A stretch of DNA of 64,000 bases from Octopus vulgaris (lineage: Eukaryota), in assembly GCA_951406725.2 (NCBI GenBank), contig OX597819.1:127906001-127970000 (forward strand), given 5' to 3'. Positions 25,213-38,592 of this stretch are shown piece by piece. Numbering within the stretch: position 1 is the stretch's first letter; every line of letters begins with the position of its first letter. The position numbers and the translations under genes were made by a program. The notes below the pieces were generated by a model. It saw only the letters and a list, made by a program, of their open reading frames with translations. It searched no databases and had not been told where the DNA came from.

Positions 25213-25560
25213 GTTGAGCGAAGCGGTCTTCGTCCCTATAGTGGGAGAACTCCGAAACGTGGTCCTTTGCTATTCGTAAGACCCGCAGAAGAGAAAGCAG
25301 GTCAACCCCCGACACCGAGTGCAACGACGGATGGATGAATGCGCATCCAGGCTCAGTGGTTGCGTAGGAAGTCGGGGACATGAAACAGGAAGAAAGAGTA
25401 AGAGAAAGTTGGAGCGAAAGAGTAATCCACCCCTGCCGGAGCCTCGTGGAGCTTTAGGTGTTTTCGCTCAATAAACACACACAACACCCGGTCTGGGAAT
25501 CGAAACCGCGATCCTCCGACCACAAGTTCACTGCCCTAACCACTGGGCTATTGCGCCTCC
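25213..25560 (-). mobile_element. SINE family 2, tail type II
   Basis: Same head; tail ...GAAGACCGCTTCGCTCAACA matches 53844-54210. Confidence 0.88.
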
Positions 25561-25739
25561 ACTGCATATACTGCAGAACAAACGTACGAACATACACACA
25601 GATAGATAAATGATATACATACATATATCTTTTTTCACATGCTTTAGCCTTTGGAGCGTGACCATCCTCGAGAGTCCCGAAGTATCGTCCGCGAAACACA
25701 TCGTCTCCAGTATTCGTTTTAAGAATTCAATTGATTTTA

Positions 25740-26035
25740 GCGGTTTATTTCGCCGAACGGTTGTTTATGGGGATTTAAACAAACAAACAAACACCGGCTG
25801 TCAAACCGGGTACAAACTCACACACGCACACAGATACACATACACACACGCACATATACACATGCACACGCCCGACAAGCTTCACACAGTTTCCATCTAC
25901 CAAATTCACTCACAAAGCATTGGACGGCTTGAGCCTATAGTAGAAGACTCTTGTCCAAAGTGTTGCAGAGCGACACTTTTTTACAAAGCGAACTTCTCAA
26001 CCAAGGAGCTATACACACAGCCCTGTCTGCGACTA
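25740..26035 (-). mobile_element. CORE-type SINE family 3 (degenerate)
   Basis: Reverse complement of the 59634-60018 family (GTCTTCTACTATAG..GTGAGTGAATTTGGTAGATGGAAACTG). Confidence 0.7.
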
Positions 26036-26136
26036 TGAATAGGTAGATACAAACTCTCATTTATATATAGTAGATATACATACTGGACATACATGCATAA
26101 ATAGATATATACACGCATACTTATATATACAAATAA

Positions 26137-26180
<44 letters not shown>

Positions 26181-26215
26181 GTTTGCATATGTGTACATAG
26201 ATATAAATATATATA

Positions 26216-27227
26216 CGAGGGGTACCCAAAAGTAACTGGAAACGTTCTCTGTGGGACAAGCCCGTTGTAGATCACGCTTCCGACGCTAGAAGCCACTTGA
26301 TACGACCATGATCACTTGTCACTTGAGGACAAACCTCCCGAACGAATGAAAACATCATCTTGAAGGACCGTCACCGAGCAATTGACGAACTTGTTGATTT
26401 GATTAGTAGTGTGTCCCGGAGATCCTTCCAACGAATTTTGAGCAAGGAATTGCGAATGAAATGAGTTGCAGCAGAATTTGTGCCCCACTTGCTCAAAGAA
26501 GATGAAAAGCAGTCACAACCGAATGCGTGTTGTGAACTGAAAGAACAATCGGAAATTGATCCGAATCTTTTTTCGAAGTTCATCACTGGTAACGAAAGCT
26601 GGTGCTACCGATACGACCCGGAAACAAAGCGGTAATCAAGTGAATGGAAGGATTCAATGTCACCACGCCGCCAAACAGTGCGTCCATGTCCAGACGGTGC
26701 TGATTTGTTCCATCGATGCGAAAGAAATTGTATTTGCTCCTCCTGGTCAAACTTCAAACTGGACATTTTGCATGGCAGTTCTGAAGCGTTTGCGGGACAT
26801 GCTGAGACGAAAACACCTCCTCAACAGTAGTAAAAGGGAGAGTGGTGGTTTCATCTGGAAAATGTACCTTCGCACACCACCTTGAGCGTGAGACTGTTTC
26901 TGACCCAAAATTGAATGACCCCGTTTACCTACCCTGCCCATTCACCCGATCTTGGTCCTTGCAACTTTTTATTGTTTCCCCGAATGAAAAAAGTCCCTAA
27001 ACGAAAACGTTTTACAGATATGGAAGTGGGGAAGAAAGAAACAACAGAGGCGTTAAGAGACATCACTTCGCAAGAGTTCCACCCTTTCTTCGAACAATGG
27101 AAAACGCCCCTGGACCGATGCTTTGCTGCAAATGGAGAATACTTCGAAGGCGATAAAAGGGTAAACATGTAGATGTAAGCGAATGAAATAATATTGCAAA
27201 ATTCCGGGTTTTTTCGGTACTCCCTCG
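26216..27227 (+). mobile_element. Mariner transposon relic (irritans-like), internally deleted transposase pseudogene
   Basis: TA-flanked imperfect TIRs CGAGGGGTACCCAAAAGT / CGAGGGAGTACCGAAAAA; [53 protein letters not shown]. Confidence 0.92.
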
Positions 27228-27236
27228 TATATATAC

Positions 27237-27338
<102 letters not shown>

Positions 27339-27360
27339 GTGTGTATATATATATATATAT

Positions 27361-27571
27361 ATCCTTAAATCCTTAAAAATGTTTCAGCCCGAATTCTGCG
27401 GCCATGCTGGGGCACTACCGTTGAATGAGCTACACTAGTATGTGAAACCACCTCTGATACGTGGCACTTGATCAACAAGGGAGTTGGATGCCGCTGCCCG
27501 CATCTCTGTTTCCTGCCGAGAGGTAGGTTCATCAGGGACCCCTGACAAGAAGAGATCCAGTTTAGTTTTAG
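27361..27571 (-). mobile_element. CR1-group LINE 3' end, second copy
   Basis: KTKLDLFLSGVPDEPTSRQE... plus (AAGGATTT)n tail; embedded in (TA)n. Confidence 0.8.
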
Positions 27572-27602
<31 letters not shown>

Positions 27603-28171
27603 ACACTCATATATATACATGTATATGCATTTACACTCAAATGTGTACTCACTGACGTACATACATAAATGTGTGTGCAGGACGACGGAACTTGCTTCCC
27701 TTTTTACACGTTCTGCATTCAGATTCCATATTACATCCCTCTTTGGTCAATAAAAAAGTTTAACATCAATTACTTGTGATGATTTAAGTATTTACAAATT
27801 AAAATCAGGCGTCCCAAAGGCAGTTTAGTGCTGTGTTTAACTTCGTTCTAGCAACTACTGCGTGACACGGGTGCTGGGTTTTATCAGCTTTTGCTGGTCT
27901 CTGCCCAACATTGGTGAGAAACGTAGCTTGTGATCTTCCTTTCATCTTACACCAGACCCAGCTCTCTGAATGGCTGCAAGAAATCCAATAATGGCAATGA
28001 TAAACCCAAATACACACATACTTAGATACCTATAGGTATATACGTACAGACATACGTATATACATATACAGGTACATATTCTACCAGGTCAGACCCAAAA
28101 TTATCCACGACGGGTAGTTATATATATATATATATATATATAAAGAGAGAGAGAGAGAGAGAGAAAGAGGC

Positions 28172-28202
<31 letters not shown>

Positions 28203-28400
28203 AAAAGAGAGACAGAGAGAGACAGGCAGAGAGAGACAGACAAAGAGGGACAGAGAGACAGAGAGAGAGAGACAAAGAGACAGAGAGAGAAAAAGTGATA
28301 GATATTTGCACACGCATATATATGTGTGTGTGTGTGTTTGTGTGTGTAAATATGTATCTATATATATATGCGTGTATGCGTGTATGTAAATGTGTATTTA

Positions 28401-28483
<83 letters not shown>

Positions 28484-28494
28484 CAAGATATACG

Positions 28495-28541
<47 letters not shown>

Positions 28542-29038
28542 GCACACACGCGCATATATATCAAATGCCTTTATTAAGATATTTATTTTTCGTCAGCAAA
28601 TCTAATCAATGGTTTACTTTATTTCATTCACTATTTTTACACACGGCTTGGCTCTGTTCATTAATCCTTTCAAAAGTTAGATATTTATTTTTTCTTCAGA
28701 CTTCTTGTCTCTACTTTGCAACATGTTAATAGAGTTGAAAGCATTTCCTCCCTAACTAAAGACAAGTCTCCAGTGAAGCTTTCACCAGGCAACAAGATGT
28801 TTTGCTCCTTCTAGAACATCAATCTAGATTTAAACTTCTGCTTCGGTGACTTTTTGAGGAGACATTCAATGAAATATGTCAACGAGAAAAATATTTTTTT
28901 TCTTCTTCATTTTCTGTCAAGTTTTATTCTGGGACATCATCTTATATTCATATCATCAATACACGCAGTTAATTTGGCATGCTTGAAATATGAATAGGAT
29001 ATCTTAGTGAGTTAAATAACAATATGAGCAATAATAAA

Positions 29039-29105
<67 letters not shown>

Positions 29106-29589
29106 TTGTTGATGATTATGGTATTACAAGATGCAGACTGATTGCTCACTCACATATCGTATGAATTACTTTTTGCGGGAGTCTAATCTGTGACAGGTTA
29201 ATTAAAAGGCTTAATTCGGAAAGAATAATACATCTAAAGCTAACGCAGTTGATGGATCGTGTATGCTGAACCACAAACTAAGACCATAAATATATCATAG
29301 ACAGCCAACGAGAGTAATCACTTCATGGTCGAATGACCTGCTACAAATAGCAGCCAAATCTCCATCAAATCTCAGCAGCGTCTTAAGTCAAAAAGGTGAC
29401 ATGTTTATTTGTTTTCAATACCTTCAAAAAGACGAGTGGTTATGCTCAGAATTCTTCAGATTGCAGATATCCTAGACTACATCCAAAGAAGAACCACTCA
29501 AGGAATTAAGTAAAGTTGCTTACCAGTTAAAAGGTACCAATAAGCGACTTTGCTGCCTGCCGTTTCTTTACTCTGCCTTTTCTACAGCT

Positions 29590-29888
29590 TGTTTGTTCCT
29601 TCTCGAGTCACGCTTGGCTCATAAGGGCCAGTTTCCTGGTTTCCTTGGCGTATAGGTTCCCCACCTGGACGGGACGCTGGTTCGTCGCAGGTGAGCTGCA
29701 AGATGAGGAAAGAGAGTGAGAAAAAGTTGTGGCGAAAGAATCAGCAGAGGTTCGGCATTACCTTCTGCCGGAGCCGCGTGGAGCTTAGGTGTTTCGCTCA
29801 TAAACACACACATCGCCCGGTCTGAGATTCGAACCCGCGATCCCTCGACCACGAGTCCGTTGCTCTAGCCACTAGGCCATGGGCCTTC
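29590..29888 (-). mobile_element. SINE family 2, tail type III
   Basis: Head variant plus tail ..CCCGTCCAGGTGGGGAACCTATACGCCAAGG..CTCGAGAAGGAACAAACAA; TSD TTTCTACAGCT. Confidence 0.88.
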
Positions 29889-30901
29889 TCTTTCTACAGC
29901 TACTACAGTGAATTCAGTTAAATCGGAATTGGCTGGTTTCGCAACATTTCCACTGAAGCACTCCTGATTCAAGCATCTTTCTTTCCCCCTCGTCATCGAT
30001 ATTATGTCCACCACAAGCTCTGCACTAACAATTACGTCCAGTACTTTCTAACCAGAACCTCTACCTTCTGCTATTCATTCCCTGCTGTATATGCTATTTT
30101 CTTCAAACCTGCAAGTATTAAAGAGGAACGTTTGACCGGGCCGATCTTATAGATCTCGGTTAAACTACAAAGGCCTTCGGTACCCTACCTCAGTACAATG
30201 CTTTAAAGATAAATTACTTTTGGTGCCATGAGAATGGTCACCAGAGGGGTCGAAAAGATTAGTACCAGTCGAGCACTGGAGTCGATGTAATCCATCTACT
30301 CTTCCCCCAAAATTTCAGCCATGTACCTATAGTAGAAAGGATTAGTAATTTAAGTTCCAATGATATATAAACGTCAAAAAGCCTTCGATTGATGTAAGTC
30401 TATAAGTCCGCTTGAGCTTAAAAAAGTATTAGTGAAGTCTGAAGAAGGAACCTGTGCTTTTAGCCCTTCCCAAAACCAGCAAATCATTTGTTACTCTTGA
30501 CTGCCAAATCTCATTCTACTGCTTTAAAAAGAGCATGCTGTGTAATTTTGATCAAGATATATCATGTTTTTTTTATTTATTAATAGATGAAATAATATTT
30601 GATCTTAGGTCTGCTAAATCAGGACTGGTTAAGAGTTAAATAATGACAACCAATAGACTGATATGATTAAGAAACAAAGAAAACCATGTAAGTTCCGAGA
30701 ATTGCAATGATGGCCTGAATCAACAAAAAAAGAAGAATTTAAAAGACCCAGCTGATGTATGTCTACATACTTCATCAAGGCTCTTGTAGTAGCAGACAAA
30801 TCAGTCTCAGATCTCACTCTTCAAGTTTTTAAAGCTAAAGGACACTTTAGATAATGCTGACTTGAATGTAAAGTAGCTGAAGTAAAGACATAATGACCTA
30901 A

Positions 30902-31132
30902 GGCGGCGAGCTGGCAGAAACGTTAGCACGCCGGGTGAAATGCGTAGCAGTATTTCGTCTGCCGTTACGTTCTGAATTCAAATTCCGCCGAGGTCGACTT
31001 TGCCTTTCATCCTTTCGGGGTCGATAAATTAAGTACCAGTTACACACTGGGGTCGATGTAATCGACTTAATCCGTTTGTCTGTCCTTGTTTGTCTCCTCT
31101 GTGTTTAGCCCCATGTGGGTAGTAAATAAATA
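30902..31132 (+). mobile_element. SINE family 1, full length
   Basis: Near-identical to 17255-17483. Confidence 0.9.
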
Positions 31133-31543
31133 GATATGAAAGCTTGTCTCATTTTACGAATTTCATACGTATGACAGAAGCATGTTGTTATACAGCATAT
31201 TTAGGGATAATCACATGTTCAAAAATCAAGGCTCTTAGTTTTGATGTGGAGAGCAGTATTGCAGTTACGTCTCTCTAAGAGATGAGCTTTCATTAGCTAC
31301 AAGACCAAATATGAGATGTGGTGTCTGGCACTGAGAATGACGTATAAGTACAGTTTTAAAGATAGTAGTTACTTCGGTTTGTCGAGAGTTATACCCAACA
31401 TACTATATAGGGCATACCAGAAAAATCAGCAAAGTGAAAAGTTTAAGAAATTTTTCAAAATAAAAAATATATATATACACATGCATGAACATAAACATTC
31501 GCACAATACACATGCTTATTATACATACGTACAAACTAATATA

Positions 31544-31793
31544 TATTTCTTTATTGCCCACAAGGGTCTAAACACAGAGGGGACAAACAAGGACAGACAT
31601 AGGTATTAAGTCGATTATATCGACCCCAGTGCCTAACTGGTACTTATTATACCTAACTGGTACTAATTTATTGACCCCGAAAGGATGAAAGGCAAAGTCG
31701 ACCTCGGCGGAATTTGAACTCAAAACGTAACGGCAGACGAAACACGGCAAAGTATTTCGCCCGGCGTGCTAACGATTCTGCCAGCTCGCCGCC
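31544..31793 (-). mobile_element. SINE family 1
   Basis: Full length; TSD TACATACGTACAAA on both sides. Confidence 0.9.
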
Positions 31794-32234
31794 TACATAC
31801 GTACAAAATAGTATATGTATGCTATTATGATATTCATGGATGTATGTGTGACTGCATGCTTAGAAAGGAGAGAAATTAGCTCTCGATACAAGATGATGGA
31901 CAAGTTTATATTTATCGCGTGTCAGTTATTTTTTGCATAGTAATTTGGATACATGAGGTATACTGTGGTAAGTCGGTCAACATTTCTTCAATGTCATCAG
32001 CGGGTCAACACTGTCAAGTTGAGTAATGGGATAAAATAAGTTGCCAAGTCAGGGTGTAGCTGGCAGAACTACAATATCAAGGAAAATCCTCATTTGAGGA
32101 CTATGGTCATCAAACCTTAGTCGGCGATAATCGACAGAAGCGATTGCTATAGACTTGTATCAAATACTTTTGGTTTTTCAGACGTTTGGAAATTATCCTG
32201 GAAGAATCTCTTCTACTGACAGCAGTTGGATAAT

Positions 32235-32644
32235 GGCGAGCTGGCAGAAACGTTAACACGCAGGGCGAAATGCGTAGCCGTATTTCGTCTACCGTTACGT
32301 TCTGAGTTCAAATTCCGCCGAGGTCGACTTTGCTTTTCATCCTTTCGGAGTTGATAAATTAAGTACCGGTTATGCACTGTGGTTGATATAAGCGACTTAA
32401 TCACTTTGTCTGTCCTTGTTTGTCCTCTCTGTGTTTAGCCCCTTGTGGGTAGTAAAGAAATAGGTATTTCATCTGCCGCTACGTTCTGAGTTCAAATTCT
32501 GCCGACGTCGACTTTGCCTTTCATCCTTTCGGGGTCGATTAAATAAGTACCAGTTACGCACTGGGGTTGATGTAATCGACTTAATTCGTTTGTCTATCCT
32601 TGTTTGTCCCCTCTATGTTTAGCCCCTTGTGGGTAGTAAAGAAA
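32235..32644 (+). mobile_element. SINE family 1 with tandem duplication of its 3' ~180 bp
   Basis: After the first tail (32462) the sequence restarts at GGTATTTC(A/G)TCTGCCG. Confidence 0.9.
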
Positions 32645-32699
32645 CATGTCTGACAGACGGTTAAGTGCTATGACTACTGATTTAACATATTGGAACTTC

Positions 32700-33060
32700 A
32701 GGTCCTGGATTGAACATTTTTTAGATGTATTTCAGCTGGCACGTGTAGTTTCTCTGCAATGAGGAAGACGCTGGTAGTATTGCTTTTTGAAAGTTTTCTC
32801 GCTGTATCTCTTGAAATTTCTTTCAATACAGTCTTTTCAAATTCTTTTCAATACAGCATGATGAATGCTCGATATATCATCTACTATGGAGAGATAGATT
32901 TCCAGAGTGGTTAAATAGAGACATTTAGACAGTTACAAGGTAGCAGTTTGGATGGGTACTGCGTGGGTAGGCGTTTTCGGTTGTAGTGTATGATTTGGGA
33001 GGCAATGTTAACCAAACAGGAATAGATAACCTTAATTTTAAGAGTCAATGTTCTTGATGT
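32700..33060 (-). mobile_element. Highly decayed PLE endonuclease fragment
   Basis: LLPCNCLNVSI*PL...MIYRAFI...IERNFKRYSE resembles CNC..CPL.G.C...VIYRA...E..FK.RY. Confidence 0.45.
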
Positions 33061-33225
33061 AGTGTTATATTAAGTGACATATGAACGGAAATGTACCACG
33101 TGGTGAACATTTCTTCAATAAATAATGAAGGACTAGCAAATTTTCTAATAATATATTTACTAAGCATTTTGAGTGCACCTTACTAGATTCATACCATACA
33201 CACATGCACACATACACATAAATAG

Positions 33226-33301
<76 letters not shown>

Positions 33302-33334
33302 GATATACACACGCACACAAACACACTCAAACAG

Positions 33335-33542
33335 ACGAGGTAGCAAGTTCGATTCCTTGACCGGGTTGGGTATTGTGTTCTTGAGCAAGACACTTTATTT
33401 CACGTTCCTCCAGTTCACTCAGCTGTAGAAATGAGTTGCGATGTCACTGGTGCCAAGATGTATAGGCGTTTGCCTTTCCTTTAGATAACATCCGTGGCAT
33501 GGAGAGGAGAGACTGATATGCATGGGCGACTGCTGGTCTTCC
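33335..33542 (+). mobile_element. SINE family 4 fragment (Meta/V-like core)
   Basis: GTTCGATTCC B box then TGTGTTCTTGAGCAAGACACTTTA..CTCCAGTTCACTCAGCTGT..AAATGAGT. Confidence 0.6.
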
Positions 33543-33543
33543 T

Positions 33544-33576
<33 letters not shown>

Positions 33577-33896
33577 GTATATATATACAAAGTAAAAGTA
33601 TTAATAGTGAAACCTATTAAAACTGAAAGTATTATCTCACAATTCAATAGAGATTTTATTGTTTCACTTTTGACACGTAATACTGAAATCGTGTAAGGGA
33701 TTAGAGATTGTTCCGGGCTCGCAATAAGCAAGAAGTTGAAACTTTGCTTGGCTCCTAGTACTGCATGGACCCTAAGTAAGGCATGTGTAAAATTTGAATG
33801 AAATCAGTTGGGTAATTCTCGAGTTTTAGCGATGCGCACATACGGACACACAGATAGACATTCTCAGTTTTATATTTATATATATATATATATATA

Positions 33897-34525
33897 TAAT
33901 AAATAAAACATATGCATATATACATACATATATGAACGTACCTACCTCTACATGTATATATACACGCATATATGAGTACAGGACACCAAAAAAACGTCGA
34001 ACGCAATGAGAAACGAAAACATAGATACAAACCCAAGGAACTGGACATTTTTCTTAAACAACAAAAAAATAGAGTACAGGACAAATAACACAAGGAAAAA
34101 AACCCTTCTTCAGTCGCCATGGTTTCATCTACTCTACGTTTCGAAGGTGAAGACGAGACGTATCTTCGATAGAAACTTTCCTTCCTGCGAAAAGCAAATC
34201 AAATAAAATTTGAGATCTTTTTGCAGAGGGGTAAAAATGGTAACAAAAACAGGACAGTAACGACAGTACAAAATATAAGCAGTAAAAGACAGGATGAAAC
34301 CATGGCGACTAAAGAAGGGGTTTTTTCCTTGTGTTATTTGTCCTGTACTCTATTTTTTTGTTGTTTAAGAAAAATGTCCAGTTCCTTGGGTTTGTGTCTA
34401 TGTTTTCGTTTCTCATTGTGTTCGACGTTTTTTTGGTGTCCTCTATCCATATATGCATGTATATATACATGTAGAGGTAGGTACGTACATATATGTTTAT
34501 ATATATGCATATGTTTTATTTATTA
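33897..34525. mobile_element. Fold-back PLE-type terminal repeats (inverted arms 33897-34130 / 34293-34525)
   Basis: ~230-bp inverted repeat (ORFs 33755-34120 and 34221-34526 share peptide); left arm ends in (TA)n; HHR-like motif at 34130-34180 on minus. Confidence 0.75.
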
Positions 34526-34575
34526 ATATATTATGACGGAACGCACGCATCCCTTTCTAAGTAAGATTGTTCTTG

Positions 34576-34623
<48 letters not shown>

Positions 34624-34681
34624 ATATATACATAAACACGTATGTGTGTGTTTGTATAAGTGAAAAGTGTCTAAGACTTAC

Positions 34682-34737
<56 letters not shown>

Positions 34738-34924
34738 GCGTGAGAGGGGAGAGTTAGTACTCCATGAAGACTTTTAATCATACGACACGCCCCGCCCACT
34801 GCCTAGTTTTATTTTAACCTGGTACTTATTTTGTGTCAGCTCTTGCATAAGCCTTCGTTAATATTCTTAATTCTTTCTTTATCCCCAATTTTCTAGATCT
34901 ATATTTGTATTATGATGTGACTAA

Positions 34925-35697
34925 TCGCAAACTTGAAAGACTTAAGTAGCAGCAAATGCTGCCTCATCCTGCTTATAGTCCAGATCTTGCACAATTAGAT
35001 TACTAACTTATCCGATCTATGGTTCATTTCCTGCACAGACACTGTTTCGACAATGCGGATGAGGTTGAAAAGGCGAGTGCAGGGAGTATTTTACCACTAA
35101 GCCAACCAAATGGTGTAACAGTGGAAGTGATCTTCGGGTACAACGATGCCAATTGACAATACAATATGGCGATATATATATTTTGACAAATAAACTCTTT
35201 TTCTATATGTATTTCTTTACTTCCAACAAAGGGCTAAACACAGAGGGAACAAACAAGGACAGACAAAGGGATTAAGTCGATTACATCGACCCCAGTGCGA
35301 AATTGGTACTTTATTTATCGACCCCGAAAAGATGAAAGGCAAAGTCGACCTCGGCGGAATTTGAATTCAGAACGTAACGAGAGACGAAATACCTATTTTT
35401 TATTACCCACAAGGGGCTAAACACAGAGGAGACAAACAAGGACAGACATGGGATTAAGTCGATTACATCGGCCCCAGTGCAAAATTGGTACTTTATTTAT
35501 CGACCCCGAAAAGACGAAAGGCAAAGTCGACCTCGGCGGAATTTGAATTCAGAACGTAACGAGAGACGAAAAACCACTAAGCATTTCGCCCGGCGCTAAC
35601 GTTTCTGCCAGCTCGCCGCCTTAACTTTTTCTACATAATTAGTTTGAACTATTTATTAAAGATTGTAATATGAAAAAGACTTTTGACTCAACCTGGT
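34925..35697 (+). mobile_element. Mariner transposase C-terminal relic and right end, interrupted by a SINE
   Basis: LPHPAYSPDLAQLDY*LIRSMVHFL..FDNADEVE..YFDK*; the putative TIR AAGACTTTTGACTCAACCTG follows the SINE. Confidence 0.75.
35210..35620 (-). mobile_element. SINE family 1 with duplicated 3' part
   Basis: Two tandem 3' halves and one head; imperfect TSD AACT(C)TTTTTCTA. Confidence 0.9.
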
Positions 35698-35999
35698 GAA
35701 TATTTATCCATTTTAAATTCTGTACTATATATAATAGCAGAGTATATTATCAATATATCCATTGCTATATATAACATAATTAAAGGCTAGAATCATTGAG
35801 ATTAAAGACTTTTATCAGTCGCCAGCATATAAAAAACCTTTTAGGTAAAATACTTTTATAGAGATATATAACTGTATAGGGTACAATTATTAAGGGCACA
35901 AAAGCTATCATGCCTATATGCTGGAAGAAGATGCCGAATACGTCCAACCTCTTCAGATATTTATTCTACATATATTTTACACAGGTTGAAAGCGGGAAA

Positions 36000-36573
36000 G
36001 CAGACTGACTAAAAATTCATAAAATAATTCAGATAGTTTTCAACTGAACAATTTCTAGATTAGTTAGGTAACTTTTCCTTCTTCAGCAAAACATACTGAG
36101 CAAAATAAATGAAAATATCTATGCATACACACAGAAAAGCAAAATGCGAGTACATACAAATATTCACAAATATATATGCATTGAATTTTCGCAGTCTACC
36201 TCAATACGTGTATATTTGGTCAGAATAGTGCAGAGGTAAATAAAACTGACCCAAAGTGAATGGGTTATATTTAAAACATAATCACAATCATTAAAATTAA
36301 TGAATTTTATCAGTGGTTAGCATATAAAAAAAAACCTTTTAGGTAAAATAAAATTATAGAGATATATAATTGTATGGAATTTCGGAATTCGATGCGTATA
36401 TATTTGTGAATATTTGTATGTACTCGCATTTTGCTTTTCTGTGGGTATGTATAGATATTTTCATTTATTTCGCTCAGTATGTTTTGCTGATGAAGGAAAA
36501 GTTACCTAACTATTCCAGAAATTGGTCAATCCAAAACTATCTGAATTATTTTACGCATTTTTAGTCAATCTGC
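36000..36573. mobile_element. Fold-back PLE-type terminal repeats, each arm with an HHR core (arms 36000-36188 / 36386-36573)
   Basis: Plus arm GTTTTG-CTGATGA(36487)-AGGAA...TTCCA-GAAA-TTGGTCAA; minus arm CTGAAGA(36086-36080)...GAAA-TTGTTCAG. Direct repeat 35808-35878 / 36305-36376 also present. Confidence 0.75.
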
Positions 36574-37028
36574 TATGATTTCGGCGCAGAGCGTATCATT
36601 CGCAGCGCAGACTTCAACATGACGGTTTTAGAGTCTCTGACATGGTAGCGCGTGCTGAGGACGCTGAGGCTATTTTTGCCGTGCAGAAACCGGTCCACGC
36701 GAGTCCATATACTTGAATGTACGTTGGGAGATTGTCTTAGCCCGTTTTGCCTTCGGTTGACTTCTGTAGTTATTATCAGTGTATTTTGGCGATTTAAGTA
36801 AGAGTTTTGACAGTTATTTCCAGTAGGTAGACACACTTAGTATGTCCTTTGATTAATTTTAATCCTTCAGCTATTTAATGCTTTTTTTTTGGCCCTGAAA
36901 TCGCCTATATTATTGATTCTGTTATTATCCATTTTTCAAATTGTTACACAGGATAATAATAGTGTTAATGATATATTCGTAAATGAATTTTTCGTGATTT
37001 ATTTTTTCTCGTGAACTGTTTGCTCCGT

Positions 37029-37067
<39 letters not shown>

Positions 37068-37510
37068 CATAACGGGCTTCTGTACAATTCCAATCCCACC
37101 AAATCTAGAGGGATAACTTGTTAACCCGATTCTAAGATAGAAGATACATGCAGAAGTGCCGTGCTTAGCTGAGGCCATGCCTTACGAAGCAAATGTTTTA
37201 GCTACACAGCCATGTCTACGTATATAAATACGTGAAAGAATGAGAAAGGGTATTGAGGAAGACAGAGCTACATTAAGAGAAAGTACTACATAGAAGCTGT
37301 AAAAGAAAAAAAGAAAAGATACAAAGGCATAGGAGAGAAAATAAGTGGAAAGTGGAAAGAAGGAAGTGAGAAGAGAATTAAGAAAAGCCGGAGTAGCGTT
37401 AAAACGAGAGAGTCACGTAAATCATTCTTTTAATTTTTTACTGGTTTTACTCGTTGTATTACGACCGTGCTTTGGCCAACTCGAAGTTAGACTACGTATG
37501 CCCAAGATAA

Positions 37511-37655
37511 CGCGCTGTGGGATCGATCCAGGAACCGCGTGTTCCTGAAGAAAAATACCTAATCACGAGGAACCGGCTGCACCGCGCTGTGGGATCGATC
37601 CAGGAACCGCGTGTACCCGAAGAAAAAATACCTAATCACGAGGAACCGGCTGCAC
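37511..37655. repeat. Tandem duplication of ~72 bp (SINE-head-like on minus)
   Basis: CGCGCTGTGGGATCGATCCAGGAACCGCGTG...CACGAGGAACCGGCTGCAC x2. Confidence 0.9.
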
Positions 37656-38483
37656 TCAAGATGATGACAGAGGTAATGGGAAAAAAGTGAAGATGGACTG
37701 GGTTAGATCGAGAAAGATTTTGTGAAAGACATTGAGATAGAAGTATGATAGTGAAAAGTATGAAATTGGTGAGAAAAAGATAGATACCGAGGAGATGTAG
37801 TGACGATAATAATAAGAGAGGAAGATAGAGGAGGGAAGGGAGGAGTAAGGAAGAATAAGGAGGAAGAGAGAAAACTATAGAGAAGATAGAAAAAGAAGAA
37901 TGAGATTGAGAAGAAAAGAGGAAGGAGAAAGAGAGCAAGAAACGTATTATAATAAAACAAAAAGTAGGCGAAGGAAAAATTAAGAAGGAGTTAAAATCAT
38001 CATGGCTGGGGGGAAAGATAGAAAGAGAAGTGAGGTGAGAAATGAAAGTTTGACAGAGAAAGGAGGGGGGAAATAATGAAGGAAGGCAGAAAAAGAGGAA
38101 GAAAATTGTATGGAGTAGGTTTTTTACGGTCTAGAGAGAAACGAGTAAGAGGCGCCACCTAGATCTGACAATTTAGCAAACAACATCTACGTCGCTCAGA
38201 ACAATTAATCAAGTTATTCATACATATATATATAGACAAACATACATACAATCATACGCTCAAACACTCTCAGAAAACATATATACACATATTGTGACTT
38301 ACAAATAAATACGTATCCACGTTGACATGGACATATATTCAGAATGGGGAAACATACATTCATTAATTGATATACATATGTGTGTTAATGTCTACACATA
38401 TATGCGTATATGTGTGCGTGTATGCAATGTATGTACGTATGTATGTATGTATGTATGTATGTATGTATGTATATATATGTATG

Positions 38484-38534
<51 letters not shown>

Positions 38535-38543
38535 ATATGTATG

Positions 38544-38592
<49 letters not shown>

